The notes under the pieces are model-generated. The model was not told the origin of the DNA. It did no database searches and saw only the letters and a program-made list of their open reading frames with translations. This document shows, piece after piece, positions 49,480 to 62,212 of a stretch of DNA of 64,000 nt. Within the stretch, counting starts at the first letter, position 1. The number at the start of each line of letters is the position of its first letter. The DNA comes from Podarcis cretensis (Eukaryota): positions 83,080,001 through 83,144,000 of the forward strand of contig OX638154.1 of assembly GCA_951804945.1 (NCBI GenBank). Direction: 5' to 3'. The position numbers and the translations under genes were made by a program.

Positions 49480-49900
49480 TTTGTCAGTTTAACTTTGTCC
49501 CCTTACGTCAGAAAAAAAAGGAACCTTGAAGATCGACTAACATTGCCTACTAATTTAATCACAAACTGAAATTGTAAATAAATTAATAATAATTAAGTAA
49601 CCAAGCACTTTGAAATGAATAATATAAAACCAATGCAATAAATATCAGCATAGCTGTTATAAATTAGAATTGATTCTATGCCAATTTGTCATCAGCAGGC
49701 AGAAAGCTACATTTGAGCCAAATCCCAGTACTTCTACTGGTTGCAAATTAATTCCCATCTTTGATGTGCAGCAGACAGTTGCTTTGGGTGCTGTTTCTTG
49801 TGCAAATCGGCTGTTTGAAGCATAGCATGGGCAGTTGCATTTATGAAGTTATACTTTGTTATTGCTTTCCCTCAGCCACAAAAGTATTAAGTTTAATAGC
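49480..49900. promoter_or_regulatory. Candidate conserved non-coding element
   Basis: Very dense TAAT/ATTA, TGTAAATA (Fox), TGCAAATTAATT, TTACGTCA (CRE-like) motifs; repeat-free; inference. Confidence 0.4.
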
Positions 49901-50137
49901 ATATTTATATTAAAGTGTAGGAAGAAACCACCAAACCACCGACTCTAAAACCTGAAAGCACTGCATTTCCAATAGGCAGTTTAAGTACTGTGAATAACTG
50001 CCACAAACATATGGATGGAAATTAATTTTAGAGTTGAGTTGAAATTTCTTGGAAAATAATATTCTGATAAATTATCTGATTAATTCCTTTGCCGGAGGTG
50101 GAGTGTCCCTGAATCCTCCCCTCTGAGGTATGCTTTG

Positions 50138-50186
50138 GCCCAGTTCTTTAGTTCAGTCGGTAGAGCATGAGACCCTTAATCTCAGG
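50138..50186 (+). pseudogene. tRNA-Lys(CTT) 5' half / SINE head fragment
   Basis: TAGTTCAGTCGGTAGAGCATGAGACCCTTAATCTCAGG vs tRNA-Lys TAGCTCAGTCGGTAGAGCATGAGACTCTTAATCTCAGG. Confidence 0.8.
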
Positions 50187-50277
50187 CAAGACTTGCATTT
50201 TCTAAAGGAAGGTTCCTGCCCATTTCCCTCTACCTGTAATAAGCTTAATTGGCACTGTTTGTTAACCATGTTGGTGA

Positions 50278-50560
50278 AGAAGAAGAAGAAGAAGAAGAAG
50301 AAGAAGAAGAAGAAGAAGAAGAAGAATAGTAGTTTGGATTTGATATCCTGCCTTTCACTCCCTTTAAGGAGTCTCAAAGCGGCTAACATTCTCCTTTCCC
50401 TTCCTCCCCCACAACAAACACTCTGTGAGGTGAGTGGGGCTGAGAGACTTCAAAGAAGTGTGACTAGCCCAAGGTCACCCAGCACCTGCATGTGGAGGAG
50501 TGGAGACACGAACCCGGTTCCCCAGATTACGAGACTACCGCTCTTAACCACTACACCATA
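50278..50560 (-). mobile_element. tRNA/CORE SINE (Squam3-like), near full length, with (CTT)n tail
   Basis: Reverse A box TTAACCACTACACCA, B box CGAACCCGGTTC, GACTAGCCCAAGGTCACCCAG core, (AAG)n at 50278-50325. Confidence 0.88.
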
Positions 50561-51189
50561 CATGGCTCTCCATACTGGTGACTGGTGTTGGTACGGATGA
50601 GTTCTTAATGTGATAGTTCTTCGAAATTTTCTGCTGATTTTATTTTTTTGCTCCCACGCAAACTGTTGGAGAACATATTGCAGCCATGTGGCAGCCATTC
50701 ACTTGCATGGGAAAGAATTGGGATGAAGATAATCCTACTTACTCTGCCTGGTGATCCCAGCTTTGAAAAATAATTCTCCTGTTTTAAATACCCAGCCTCT
50801 TCACCAGCATAGCTCTGGTCTGAGATTTATTTCATGGTCATACTAGAGTCTGACAGAATTTTGGACGGAGGAAAAATCTCCTCCCTTTCTAATAGTAGTA
50901 GTTAGTGTCACCAAATGTAATGGATTGGCACAAAGTTCAGCACGGACAAAATGAAGCAGTTATTCAAACAACATTTAATTAACATACAGAATTCATTACC
51001 ACAAGTTATTATGGCCACTAGCTGAGATGCCTTTTATGAAGGAGTAGACAAATTCGTGAAGGATGGGCATTTAGTGAAATGGAACTACTAAATTGTACAC
51101 TAGTGTTGAATGCTTCGTGCTGAGCAAGTGAACGTCATTAGCTTTGATGGTCTGCTTTAGTCTAGTCACCATTAGCAGTAGAGTTCCAG

Positions 51190-51330
51190 GTTGATCACTG
51201 GGTGACCTTGGCCCAGACATTGTCTCTCAGCCTACCCTACCTCAGACGGTTCCTATGAGAATTAAGTGGAGTGAGTGAACCATGTTTGCCACCCTGAGCA
51301 CCTTGGAAGAAAGGTGGAATACAAATGCAA
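51190..51330 (+). mobile_element. Older CORE SINE fragment
   Basis: CTGGGTGACCTTGGCCCAG..CTCTCAGCCTACCCTACCTCA..GCCACCCTGAGCACCTTGGAAGAAAGGTGG. Confidence 0.75.
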
Positions 51331-51829
51331 TCAGCCGGTCGATCAAAAACTATTCAACTTGCCATGCAACGAAGGAAGCTCAACACTCACATTACCTCGT
51401 GGGCAGCTGTAATGTGCTCTGAATTTGCCACTTGAGCCAAGTTTGGGTTTTGTGGAATTGTAACTTAAGAGCTAAGCTTAAATTACTCTTGCCTCGGGGA
51501 TGCCATCTAAACCTTTCACAGTTACATTTGCAAGTTTTTACTGTGTGGAATACAGCTGTCACCTAGTATATTTCTCCATCCTTCTAGCAGCCAAGAGGAA
51601 TGTGATGCTGAGATTTCACATGGGGTGTAACCATCATAAGTGAGTAATTGCATATAAACAGGCAGCAGAGCGGGGAAGTGGAGAACTTGTCACAGCTATC
51701 CTATTTTGGGTAGCATTCGCATGGCAAGAACAATGTGTGGTCCAGCGCTCTGTTAACATAACTTATTAATCTTTCTACAAGTGAATACATAGAGGTGAGA
51801 AAGAAAAAAGAAAAAAGGGGGAAAAGAAC

Positions 51830-52150
51830 GGGGTGTGAAACATCCCGAACTTACAGAAGTAATAATGAAATAGTTTCCTTCTCTGCAGAAGCTATCATGT
51901 TCAGTTACGAAGCAAAGTCTGCATGTGGAAACCCAATAGTGTCAGAGAAAACAGTGCTAATTGGTAGTGTCCTCTGGGAATCAGCTTCACTGTGAAAGTC
52001 ATTAATGTCAACAATCACCGCAATTAACTCTTGATAGAGCAAATCCTTCATGATTATTTCTTTATAGCCAGAGAAACTATTAGATCTCTCCAAAACGGTA
52101 GGCCCAGTGCAGCCATTGCTAACCATCTTTACGTCTAATTTATTTCAGCT
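51830..52150. promoter_or_regulatory. Candidate conserved non-coding element
   Basis: CTAATTGG, CATTAATG, CAATTAA, AACAAT, TGATTATT motifs in repeat-free sequence; inference. Confidence 0.35.
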
Positions 52151-52493
52151 TGAGTGATTCAGTTACATGCATGTCATTGCCCTTGAAATCAGCAAGACTT
52201 GATAGTGCTTAACATTGCCTGAGCCATGCCAATTATTTTTATGTATACAGTGCTACGCATTAATGTACCTGGTACTTTTCATGATAAGCAAAGGAGCCAG
52301 AAAAATCTCTCCTGATTTCTGGAAATTATGGTGTCATCAGTGTCCTGTTTTATTTGATTTCTTCTCTACAGGAACAAATAAACCTACCTAGATGGTTTGG
52401 CGGACAATTTTACTCTCCCAAGGCAAATTCCCATACCTATTGGGGTGGCAAAATTGTCCCTCCCCCCGAAAAAAAGTGAAGTGTTGTTTCATA

Positions 52494-52560
52494 TAATCAT
52501 AGAATCATAGAGTTGGAAGAGACCACAAGGGCCATCGAGTCCAACCCCCTGCCAAGCAGA
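52494..52560 (-). mobile_element. Young CR1 3' terminus
   Basis: AATCATAGAATCATAGAGTTGGAAGAGACCACAAGGGCCATCGAGTCCAACCCCCTGCC. Confidence 0.85.
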
Positions 52561-55500
52561 AGAAGGGCACTTAATTTTACTTCTCTAGATCAGTTTTTTG
52601 TTTGAAAAGCCATGTGGAACATTCTTTTGCCTAAGACATTTCACCATTTGGGGCAAAAAAAAAAAGAAAAAAGAACCCCAAACACAAGAATCAGTTGGGA
52701 TTTTCTGGATATATTTTATGCCAGTTGGATTTTTTTTACCCCAGCATATCATACCACTTGGGACAAAAGAAAGACCCCGAACCCAGGATTTGATTGATGG
52801 ACTTATTATGTCTCAGGTGCTTTTTATGTACTTGGGGAGGGGGGAAATGACTGAAATTGGGAAACATAATGTTTACTACTGTGAGAGTGCCAGTATCATA
52901 TAAAGGATTATGTTATAGGTCTACTTTTGTGTCAGTTCTACAGTGAAAAGTACACTCAAGGTTGACAGCACCCCACCCCAATTCATTGGAGAAAGGTTTT
53001 CATTATATATAATATGCATAGGATCTGCTTATTAAAGTAAACACAAAACATATATTTGAGTAAATTAATGGCCTTAAGTTCTCCTTGGCCTCCAGATAGA
53101 TAGATGAATGAATGCACAACATTGTTTCATTTTAATTAACCATTTAAAAGATGTCGCTTGGCCTAGCAGTAAAGCAAATGTTCTCTGCAACACAGCACCC
53201 ATATTTTCAATTTAGGTCAAGCCATCAAAGACGATGCAAAGGATTGAAGACGGAAGATGAGATGCTCTATTTCACATATTCGCCCTCTGGAAGAGCTGGC
53301 AAAAGCAGCCACTTAAATTAAGTACAGGTCATCAGACAAGATATTTAATCTATTCCTAAGACAGACAACTTCCACAGCCGAAATCCCCATGGCCTTTAAA
53401 GCAACACAATGAACTACTTCCTCGTGTACTCCTGTCAAGTCATGTTAGGTTCCTTCTTTTTTAGAAGTGATATTTCATGTACGCTTATGACCATATTGCT
53501 CAGAGCAAGGAAAAGTGTTTTGGTTTATTTATGACCTACTAACCTTAAATAAAGAACAAAAAAAAAAAGTTTCAGCCAATCTGAATGTTCTCAGAAGCCC
53601 AGAGATATGAAATGAACATAAAATAAATCTGGCATTTGTAGTGCAGACCAGCAAAGGCACACATGGCCAATCCACAGGGTTTCTTTAAAAAGAAGAAGAT
53701 GGAAACCAGATGATGGAAGAGGCAGGGGGAGAAGTCATTGTTACCCAGTGTGTAATATGAAAGGCAGACCACAGAACTGAAAGTTTAGGAGAGAATAGGG
53801 ATTTTCGAATTGCACTCAAGGTGAGAAATAACAGGAGAATGAATGGTAGTACTGAGCTTTCCAGTACTTTATTGGGGAGGCAAAATGGAAATGTGAAGCA
53901 GCCAGCTCTATTGTTTGAAGACTGAATGAAATGGAACCGACATAACTAAGGGACACATTTGCCTGTTTGATACCAAGGAAGTAAGATACAGAATTAGGTG
54001 GTGGTGGGGAATAGAGTCACAGGAAGAAGACAGCAACTGAAAAATAAATACAGAAAGGAAGGGAATAATTGGAAGACGTTAAACATGACTGGTCCCAAAC
54101 TATGAAGTCTGCTCTCTTTATTGGGACAATGGTGAACACATGCAGATGCATTCAAAAGGCTATAAGGCACAAAAGACTTGCAGTGATGTGAATACTGAAT
54201 AAGTCTGGCTGAGCTGAAACTACTCAGAAGTCTCAAGCAACCAGAAAGAGGAAAAGCTACCAGCACGGTTTTATTTTATTTTGACTAGGAAAGGTATGTC
54301 TTAATCTACTCAGAACAGCAAAGAATTATCTCTGGTAACAATCCTACACTTTGCAGCAGGGCTGGAGATAGTTTCAACGAGAAGGCAATTTTCAGCAGTG
54401 TTTCCCACGTCAACCATACCACCCCAGCTCAGTGAGTGGAGTCAGATGACTGAACTGTTCACAAGACACTTGTGGTTAATTTACAGTAGCCCCCTAACCC
54501 ATTTGATTCTCATAACAATCGTGTGATGTAGGTTAGGGTGAGAAACACTGGCACCAGTGACTTAATGGCTGAGTATTTGAACCCGGTCTGTGCTGAGCAG
54601 TCTACAGTTGTTCTATTCTTCTAGTTAAGCCGAGATGTCTACTAAAGTTTTGGCTTTAGAATTAAAAATAGAATTAAAAGCAATAATCCAATGTAGCTGT
54701 ATGGGAAGGACATACTAGGAGCAGTTCATTTGCTGCTTGAAACACTTTTTTGTGTGTAGTAGCATGCATTATTTTATTAAGAATGTTATTGTTGAAGGTA
54801 TTTGGGCTTCAGCTTATACTGGTGGTGGTTATTTGTTTTAACTGGCCTTCGTTTTTCAGAAAACTGTTAATACCATTGTTAGTTTTTATACTGCATTATT
54901 TTTATAAGGTTGTAGGCTTGGGTGGGCTGTGCCCCAAAGGACAGCACATAAATCACTTTATAAATTAAAAATAAATGCGAACTAACTCAGAAAGTCCAAA
55001 ATGGAAATAATGCCCTGATGCATTAAAAACAGCTCTTGCTTAAACTTCCCAACATTTGTAGGAAACTTTGGTCAAAACCTAGGCATGCTTGCTTGGGAGT
55101 AAGTCCCAATAAACTCAACAGGACTTACTCATAAATAACCAGGTGTGGGATTGGGCTGCTCCTCTTCTCCCATGGCCCATTGTGATCGAAAACTACTTGA
55201 GAAGCTAATCTTCACCACCCTATCCTTGCATACAACAACCAAGTATGATTAGTAAGACAGTCCCCTCCATATAAATAGTTCTTAACAACAACAACAACAT
55301 GTGCGGACAGGTTTACACCCTTAATGCGCTTACAATCCAAATATCAACACAATGGAGGAAACAGGGACGTATGAAGGCATGGACCAGAAGGTAGAAAGTA
55401 TTCAATTATGTTTCCCACAGTTATGGAATTCCTTCACTTAGAAACTCACCTCAGACCAAGCCTGGAGATTTGCTGAAAGATGCTATAAGATGCTTTCTAT

Positions 55501-57779
55501 TATGTTTTTTTGTGATCAGGGACAAGTCTGTACTGAGGCAGTTGGGGCCATATGAATCTCAAATTAATATTGATATATATTTAATGTTTAATATTGAAAT
55601 TGTGCTGTCTATTTTATATGGGATATTTAAAGAATTATTGTTAAGTTTGGGAGAGCAAAAGATGCAATAAATTTCCTGAAACACCAGGATAGGGGTATGG
55701 GGAAGGGGGGGGGGAGAGAGATAACACAAATGGGAACTTGGAAGCTGAGAGACTGAGTTGTGCACAGGGATGTCCCCACTCCAAATCTCTGTCTCTGTCC
55801 TGACCTCATTCAGTAGCCTGAAGCAAGCTCAGTTCTCTAACTTGGGAAAAATAATAATGACCTGCCTTATACAGTTGTTGTAAGGGTCTATTAGATCATC
55901 TATGTTATGCTCTTAGAACAGCAAAGTGCTATATAAATGCTAGGCATTTTTGGATCTGAACAATGGACTAAAGCTATTACTATTCTGTACAATTTCCTTC
56001 CCAGTTTTGTTTTGTTTTGAAGAAAAGATAAACCGGGGGATGTTTTGATCTGATGTTAGACTTTCCTCCCAGGATTTGAGGGCTGTATCACCCACTATTC
56101 CTGTACCCGCAGTTCCTGAAATTGCATTAAATGGCTCACAGGAATTATTTGCTGAGAATTATTTGACAGAACAATTTAACGGGATGGGCCAATGGTCAAG
56201 TGTTGGGGGACCACCAAATTAAAACTGAGTTTTCTATGGAACTGGAATCATTGTCTTTTCTTAAAATTTCTCTTCCCCCCCCCCCCCACTTTCAGACATT
56301 TGCGGGTGGATACTGTGAAGTCTGTGGAGTTCTGCTTCTTGTGGTTGCTTCAGTGAACATTCAACGCTGTCGGTGAGTTTGGGATTAAAGAGAAAACCAT
56401 CGACCGTTGATTGTACCCTCCAGCTAACCATCCTCCTCTTTGCTTCATGCGTGCAGACCTTTCGCTGAAGACAGCCACACAACCAGCGCACAAGATATTT
56501 GGGTTTCTCGGTGGGGGAGGGGAAGAGATGAGGGAGCCCATCTTCCCTTGCAGGGTTTCACAAACACAAAAGGTCACAATTAACATTCATTGCTGTCGGT
56601 GGGTTTAACTATGTGGACAAGCTCACTGAACAATGAATGCAACTGTGGCCCCACTTTTTACAATCGTAGTCAAGAGGAATACTGGCTTTGAAAGCAGCAC
56701 CCAAGGTGGATTTCTTTGGCCGAAAACCTACGCTTCTTAAATCAAGAGGCTCAGATAATTTCAAATTGCTTGCTTGTCTGTGTCGTGTGGGGCCAGGAAG
56801 ACCTCCAAGGATGTCATTTCATTGAATTTCATGATTATGTCAAATAAAAGTCTTTGGTTTTTATCTACCATTTATTACCTAGACTGGAGGTTCTTGACCT
56901 TGTTTTACCATGAATGTTTTTTTAAAAAAAACAACAACGCCGATTTGCTGTCCTAAAGGACCTTCAATGTAATTAAGGCTAGTAATACTCACAACAAAAC
57001 TCATTACTGCCCTTACCTAGGAAAAAGAAGGTCAAACAAAAGAAGGAGGAACAGGACCCCATGGGAATGTACCATGTTTTAAGATCTGTGGTGGAAGGGG
57101 GGGGCGCAAATGAAAATTCAGTGAATGAATGAACACGACTTTCTTTATTGTGCTGATTGGACCTAACGTAGGACTACAATGACCAATCAGGACACATGAT
57201 GGGAGGGATTAGGGAGGAGCTAACCCCTCCTGTGGAAGTCTTGCCGAAGCCCCTGAGAAAAAGCAGAAACGTAGGAAACTGCTTTATAACAAAACAGACA
57301 CTAGTACATCTGTGTGTAGCTCAGTATATTTTGTTTCCTGGTCCTACCTGAAAATGCCAGGGATTCAACCTCAATCCGTTTACATTCAAATCTGTGCTTT
57401 ACCATGAAGCTTTGGTCCTCTCCTAGATACACATTCATGCACAGGTTACATCAAAACAGAAGGAAGGAAGGAGTCTTTGTTTTCTTCCAGGAGGTTGTCT
57501 CATATCCCTAAACTACCTTAGAGGTGAAATGCAATCCACGTGTGCTACTGTGACAACAGCTCATTTTAATTTTGTCCTAGAACAAGAGTATTCTTGTGAT
57601 TTTGTGTTTTAATTTGCATATGTTATGCTTCAGAAGCTTGTGTCTGGGTGTTTTCTTTTTATATCAGATGGATATTTTTCTTTGTACATAATTTGTTTTA
57701 AGGGTACAGTTTCCTGACAGTAAGGTTTCTATACAATTGACACCAACACTCCCCTTTTCAAAAGTATTGTAAGCCACAC

Positions 57780-58300
57780 CCTCTTCATAAAAAAGCATCA
57801 CTAGGTATTTTTATTTAAAAAGAATTCAGGTAATATTTTCCAGATGGAAAGAGCAATGTATTGCAGAAGGTGCTGTTCAAATAATTGTAACAACTTGATT
57901 TTGGAGCCTGCTGTTATAAATTGCTTAACTCTGTTGCATTTTCAAGTGTTGTGAATTATTTTCATTATATATTACATTCTTTTCAAATATTTTTAATACT
58001 TATCAGAATGAAGAATGTCAGGTATTGAGAAGACAAATATCCTGCTGTTTAAGTGGAATTTTTAATGAATGCATCATTGATATTTAGCAGTAATTGGTTA
58101 ATGCATCAGAACGACAGCTCCAGATGAAAACGAATTTCTTTTAGGATGAAAAGTGGTATATTAGTTGCCTGTTCTTTTATAATATTTGGTTGTCTAAGTA
58201 TTTAAAATTATCGCTATTTCAAGTAATTCATTTTGGAGTTGTGCTGCTTTTCTCACAGTGTTGGAAAAGTTTTAATGAATATGCATTATTAAAGAAGCAA
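57780..58300. promoter_or_regulatory. Candidate conserved non-coding element
   Basis: AT-rich repeat-free block with TAATTGG, TTAATGCAT, TGAATGCATCATTG, ATAATTG motifs; inference. Confidence 0.3.
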
Positions 58301-58760
58301 GAGAAAAGGCAAGCTGGCCACAGGCACACTGGCCAGAAGACCAATGTCTGTTGAGAAGTTGTACATGCGTACATGCAAACTCTTCCCAACGAAAGGAAGA
58401 TCTGGTTGCTGGCAGCTTGCTCCCTCCTTCCCTCCCAAACCGAAGTCTGCCGCAACTACCAGTTGCCCTGTGGCCTACGTAAGCAAAAAAGGAACAGTCT
58501 GCTGTCATACACAATAACTACAAATCCCCAAACTTCTGGGGGTTATACCTCCTCCTTCAATCAATATCATGCATATATGAAAACAATTCTCAGAATCACT
58601 TCCATAAGACAATGCTTCTGAATATGCAGGTGGCATTTAGCTATAATGAGTTAACCATTGATAAACAAATCTTCCACTGTGGATTTGCACAATCCTTTTT
58701 TTAAAGTCAGCTCAGATATCACCACAACTTTGGATTCCATAATTTACTAAGCTAAGAAGC

Positions 58761-58811
<51 letters not shown>

Positions 58812-59228
58812 TTATTATTTATACCCTGCCAATCTGGCTGGGTTTCCCCAGCCACTCTGGGCGGCTTCCAAAAGAATATTAAGATACAACAGTCTATTAA
58901 ACATTAAAAGCTTCCCTAAACAGGGCTGCCTTCAGATGTCTTCTAAAAGTCTGGTAGTTGTTTTTCTCTTTGACATCTGGTGGGAGGATGTTCCACAGGG
59001 CGGGTGCCACTACCGAGAAGGCCCTCTGCCTGGTTCCCTGTAACTTGGCTTCTCGCAGCGAGGGAACTGCCAGAAGGCCCTCGGCACTGGACCTCAGTGT
59101 CTGGGCAGAACGATGGGGGTGGAGACGCTCCTTCAGGTATACTGGGCTGAGGCCGTTTAGGGCTTTAAAGGTCAGCACCAACACTTTGAATTGTGCCCGG
59201 AAACGTACTGGGAGTCAGTGTAGGTCTT
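58761..59228 (-). mobile_element. Young L2 LINE 3' end with (ATT)n tail, within an older CR1 remnant
   Basis: Intact VLVLTFKALNGLSPVYLKERLHPHRSAQTLRSSAEGLLAVPSLREAKLQGTRQRAFSVVAPALWNILP...FRRHLKAALFREAF*; flanks 58620-58760 and 59230-59310 resemble reverse CR1 3' sequence. Confidence 0.93.
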
Positions 59229-59316
59229 TAGTTCACACTCAATCCTGAACCTGTTGCCAATCAACTTCATTGGCTGCTCCCATATTCTAGTAATATTTGA
59301 GGATGGAGAGTGTGGG

Positions 59317-59347
<31 letters not shown>

Positions 59348-59602
59348 CTTTCATATATAAATTGCAACTATTCTAGCATCAAATCTCCAGCTTGTATCAC
59401 TGTTTCATCCTTGTTATTTGCCACTTACAGCCACTGTTAATAAATTACACTGAACCTGAAGAAACCAAAATTATCAGTGAAAATAATATACAAGAGTGTT
59501 TTTAATTAGGGGAATTTGCTTTGCAAAAAATGTATATGATGGAAATGTAGAAAACTGTTAAAAATGGAAATTGACAAATTCACCCATCCTTAGTGCATCA
59601 TA

Positions 59603-59640
59603 CACGAAGAGTCGGACACGACTAAACGACTAAACAAACA
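59603..59640 (+). mobile_element. 38-bp BovB 3' terminus insertion
   Basis: CACGAAGAGTCGGACACGACTAAACGACTAAACAAACA between perfect 12-bp TSDs TAGTGCATCATA. Confidence 0.93.
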
Positions 59641-59907
59641 TAGTGCATCATATGTTACCAAGGGTCTACCTTCTCCTTGCCTTAGGATTCCACCCCTGCC
59701 TTTATTTTATAGACCATTTTTAGTGAGGTACAGGAATTTATAATGAGAAATATCATGCCACATAGATACGTCACAGATATTTCAACATTGAGGTCACACT
59801 TTCTAGACAAAGTACAGCAAAGTATTCTTGATGTATTCTTTTTAAAATTGATCTCATTAACTGTAAGCTTTGTGCACATAATTCTGGATAAAGGATTAAT
59901 GGTTTGG

Positions 59908-59945
<38 letters not shown>

Positions 59946-60689
59946 AAATAAATAAGGATAATTGATGATAAACGTTTTTCAATCACGAAGCTATTTCAAA
60001 AATAAGTCGTACCAGATTTTGGTGCAATATGGTAAATGAATTTGCATCTCTTTTCAAAGTACAGCATGTTCAAAGAAAAGAGAGGGGGGGGGACCCAAAC
60101 CAAAACTATTGTTATAGGATTTGGAAAAATGTAGAGACAGAATATGTCTCAAGACACAGAAACAAGATAGCACCTCTTGCAGTATTAGTAAATACAGAAC
60201 CAAAGTCTTTAATCGTACACTTACTGTGGTTCAGTTTACAATTGTTACACATTGTACAAGTATTTCTGAACACACACCCCTTTACTAGTGGCATAATAGA
60301 GGCAAAAAGTTCAAGGAATTAGGTCACTTCCCGATGACCTGTTTACTGAGCATTTATCCGGCATCTGTCTGTATTAGAAAGTGCATTCCTAGAGACATAT
60401 TGTGGAGTCCCATATATTTGAAATATGGTGCAGGGTTTTGTGCAATCAACCTCAATCTGCAAGGTTTGTGAGGAGGTTGTACAACAACTACTGCTTACTG
60501 AGCGCTCATTTCAATTTGTTTGTGCAGAGGTTATATAAAGTCACATCTTGCAATTGTTAACCTATACATTCCATAATTTTCCTTACCACAAAAATCCAGT
60601 TGGAGTTTGAGAAGAGGAGCTTTGTTGTACAGGAGAACCAAACCCACTTTAATGCACCACCTGAATTTTCCCGGAGGCAGTTGAATCCC

Positions 60690-60911
60690 ACTTTCAAAAT
60701 GACAACAGTCCGGAAATGGCCTTCAAAAAAATCGGGTCCACTTCCTGGTGGGGCCGGGTTGTGGCCCAGCTGCCTAGCCACTCCCCTCAGCATCGGGGCA
60801 GGATGGCGTCCCACATCCCACTGGGGAAGACCCCGGCCACGTCAGTTTGCCAGGCGAAATTCTGTGTTCTTGTGTTTTTATTCTCCCGCAGGTGGCTTGG
60901 GGGCCTTGACA
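60690..60911 (+). mobile_element. GC-rich LTR/DIRS-like terminal remnant
   Basis: CpG-rich stretch ending TGTTCTTGTGTTTTTATTCTCCCGCAGGTGG..CCTTGACA, resembling the terminus of the 32.9-kb element. Confidence 0.4.
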
Positions 60912-60983
60912 CACAATTCACTCATTTCACATGGTGTGTAAAAGATTCACAATTCACTCATTTCACATGGTGTGTAAAAGATT
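60912..60983. repeat. Perfect 36-bp tandem duplication
   Basis: CACAATTCACTCATTTCACATGGTGTGTAAAAGATT x2. Confidence 0.95.
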
Positions 60984-62069
60984 TCTCAGAATAAAAAATT
61001 GTCACATTTAACACCCCCACTGAGGTGAATAGCCTCTGGTGTTCTTCAGCCAGGTGCAGAAGTATTCCCACAGAACTGGCAAAAAGTAAGTAAAAATAGG
61101 AAGCTTTCTACATATTCCCCTTTGCTGTATTCCAGCAAGTCCAAACCATTCTTAAACATTTACATCTGATAAATTATACTGAAATCCTTCCAGCACTGAA
61201 GTTTGTAACAGCTGGTGGGCACATTTTCCTACTGGGGATGGACTGGAAATAACTCAATATATGCACATTCTCAGGTGGATGAGGGCTCAAAAAGGTATCA
61301 GGGTAGCAATACTCTCTGGAGGTTGTGGTGGATTGTGGAGTGAGGAAGTTCTATCACAGGTTAGGTACAAACTAGCTTCAGTAGCTTTGAACAAAGATTC
61401 TTCTTGTTGTCTAGAAGTGAATCTACAATGCTAATATTCTACTTACCAGACCTAGCTCATCAGCAGTCGCTTCTATATATCTTCTTGTCACAAAGCAAAT
61501 TAGAATAAGGTAAGGGTGTAGAGATGAATCTGTCCCCAACCAGAATTTGGACTGGAAGGTCACTTAACAGCTGCAGCAAAATAAAATACCATAGTTAGCC
61601 TAGCCCTGCCGCCACCACCATACCTGCTACTGCCATTTTCATTTCTTTGCCCACCCTGCCACGCTCGTGGAAAAGCACTACTGGTATCGGTGCCAATTTC
61701 AGGTGAGATCTTGCCCAAATCAAATCTCGTATGATTTTAGATGCAATTCTGGCCAAAATAGGCACTGATAGTGGTGCCACTTTGGGCCAGCAGTAGAAGC
61801 GGCAGGGCAGGTGAGCTGCTCACAGGGCTGTCATCTTGGGGGCTTCTGCCTGCTGAGGCAACTGCCTCAGCCTGCCTAATGGCAGAACCGGCTCTGTAGC
61901 ACTGTGTAAATTACCCCCTTTATAAACTTCATTCAGGAGTGTGGGTACTGCTAGCTGAACTGGCCCAAGCATGGCAGAAGGAAAACATCGAGTTTGACTT
62001 ACACCATCCTTTGGGTCAATGTAAGTTCTGCTAGCTCATATGACTGAAAGGGATTTGAAATAGGGGTCT

Positions 62070-62212
62070 ATCCCTCCTGAGATCCAGCACTGAGGGCCTT
62101 CTGGCGGTTCCCTCCTTGCGAGAAGTGAGGTTACAGGGAACCAGACAGAGGGTCTTCTCGGTAGTGGCACCTGCCCTGTGGAACACCGTTCCATCAGATG
62201 TCAAGGAAATAA
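62070..62212 (+). mobile_element. L2 internal fragment
   Basis: LRSSTEGLLAVPSLREVRLQGTRQRVFSVVAPALWNTVPSDVKEI. Confidence 0.88.

Noticed and set aside
50138-50186. Functional tRNA-Lys gene
   Set aside because: Only the 5' half is present; no T arm or 3' acceptor stem.
50130-50600. 156-aa ORF with poly-Lys
   Set aside because: Reads through a tRNA fragment, an (AAG)n tail and an antisense SINE.
58897-59184. 95-aa ORF as a gene
   Set aside because: L2 ORF2 C-terminus, repeated at 44455-44664 and 62116.
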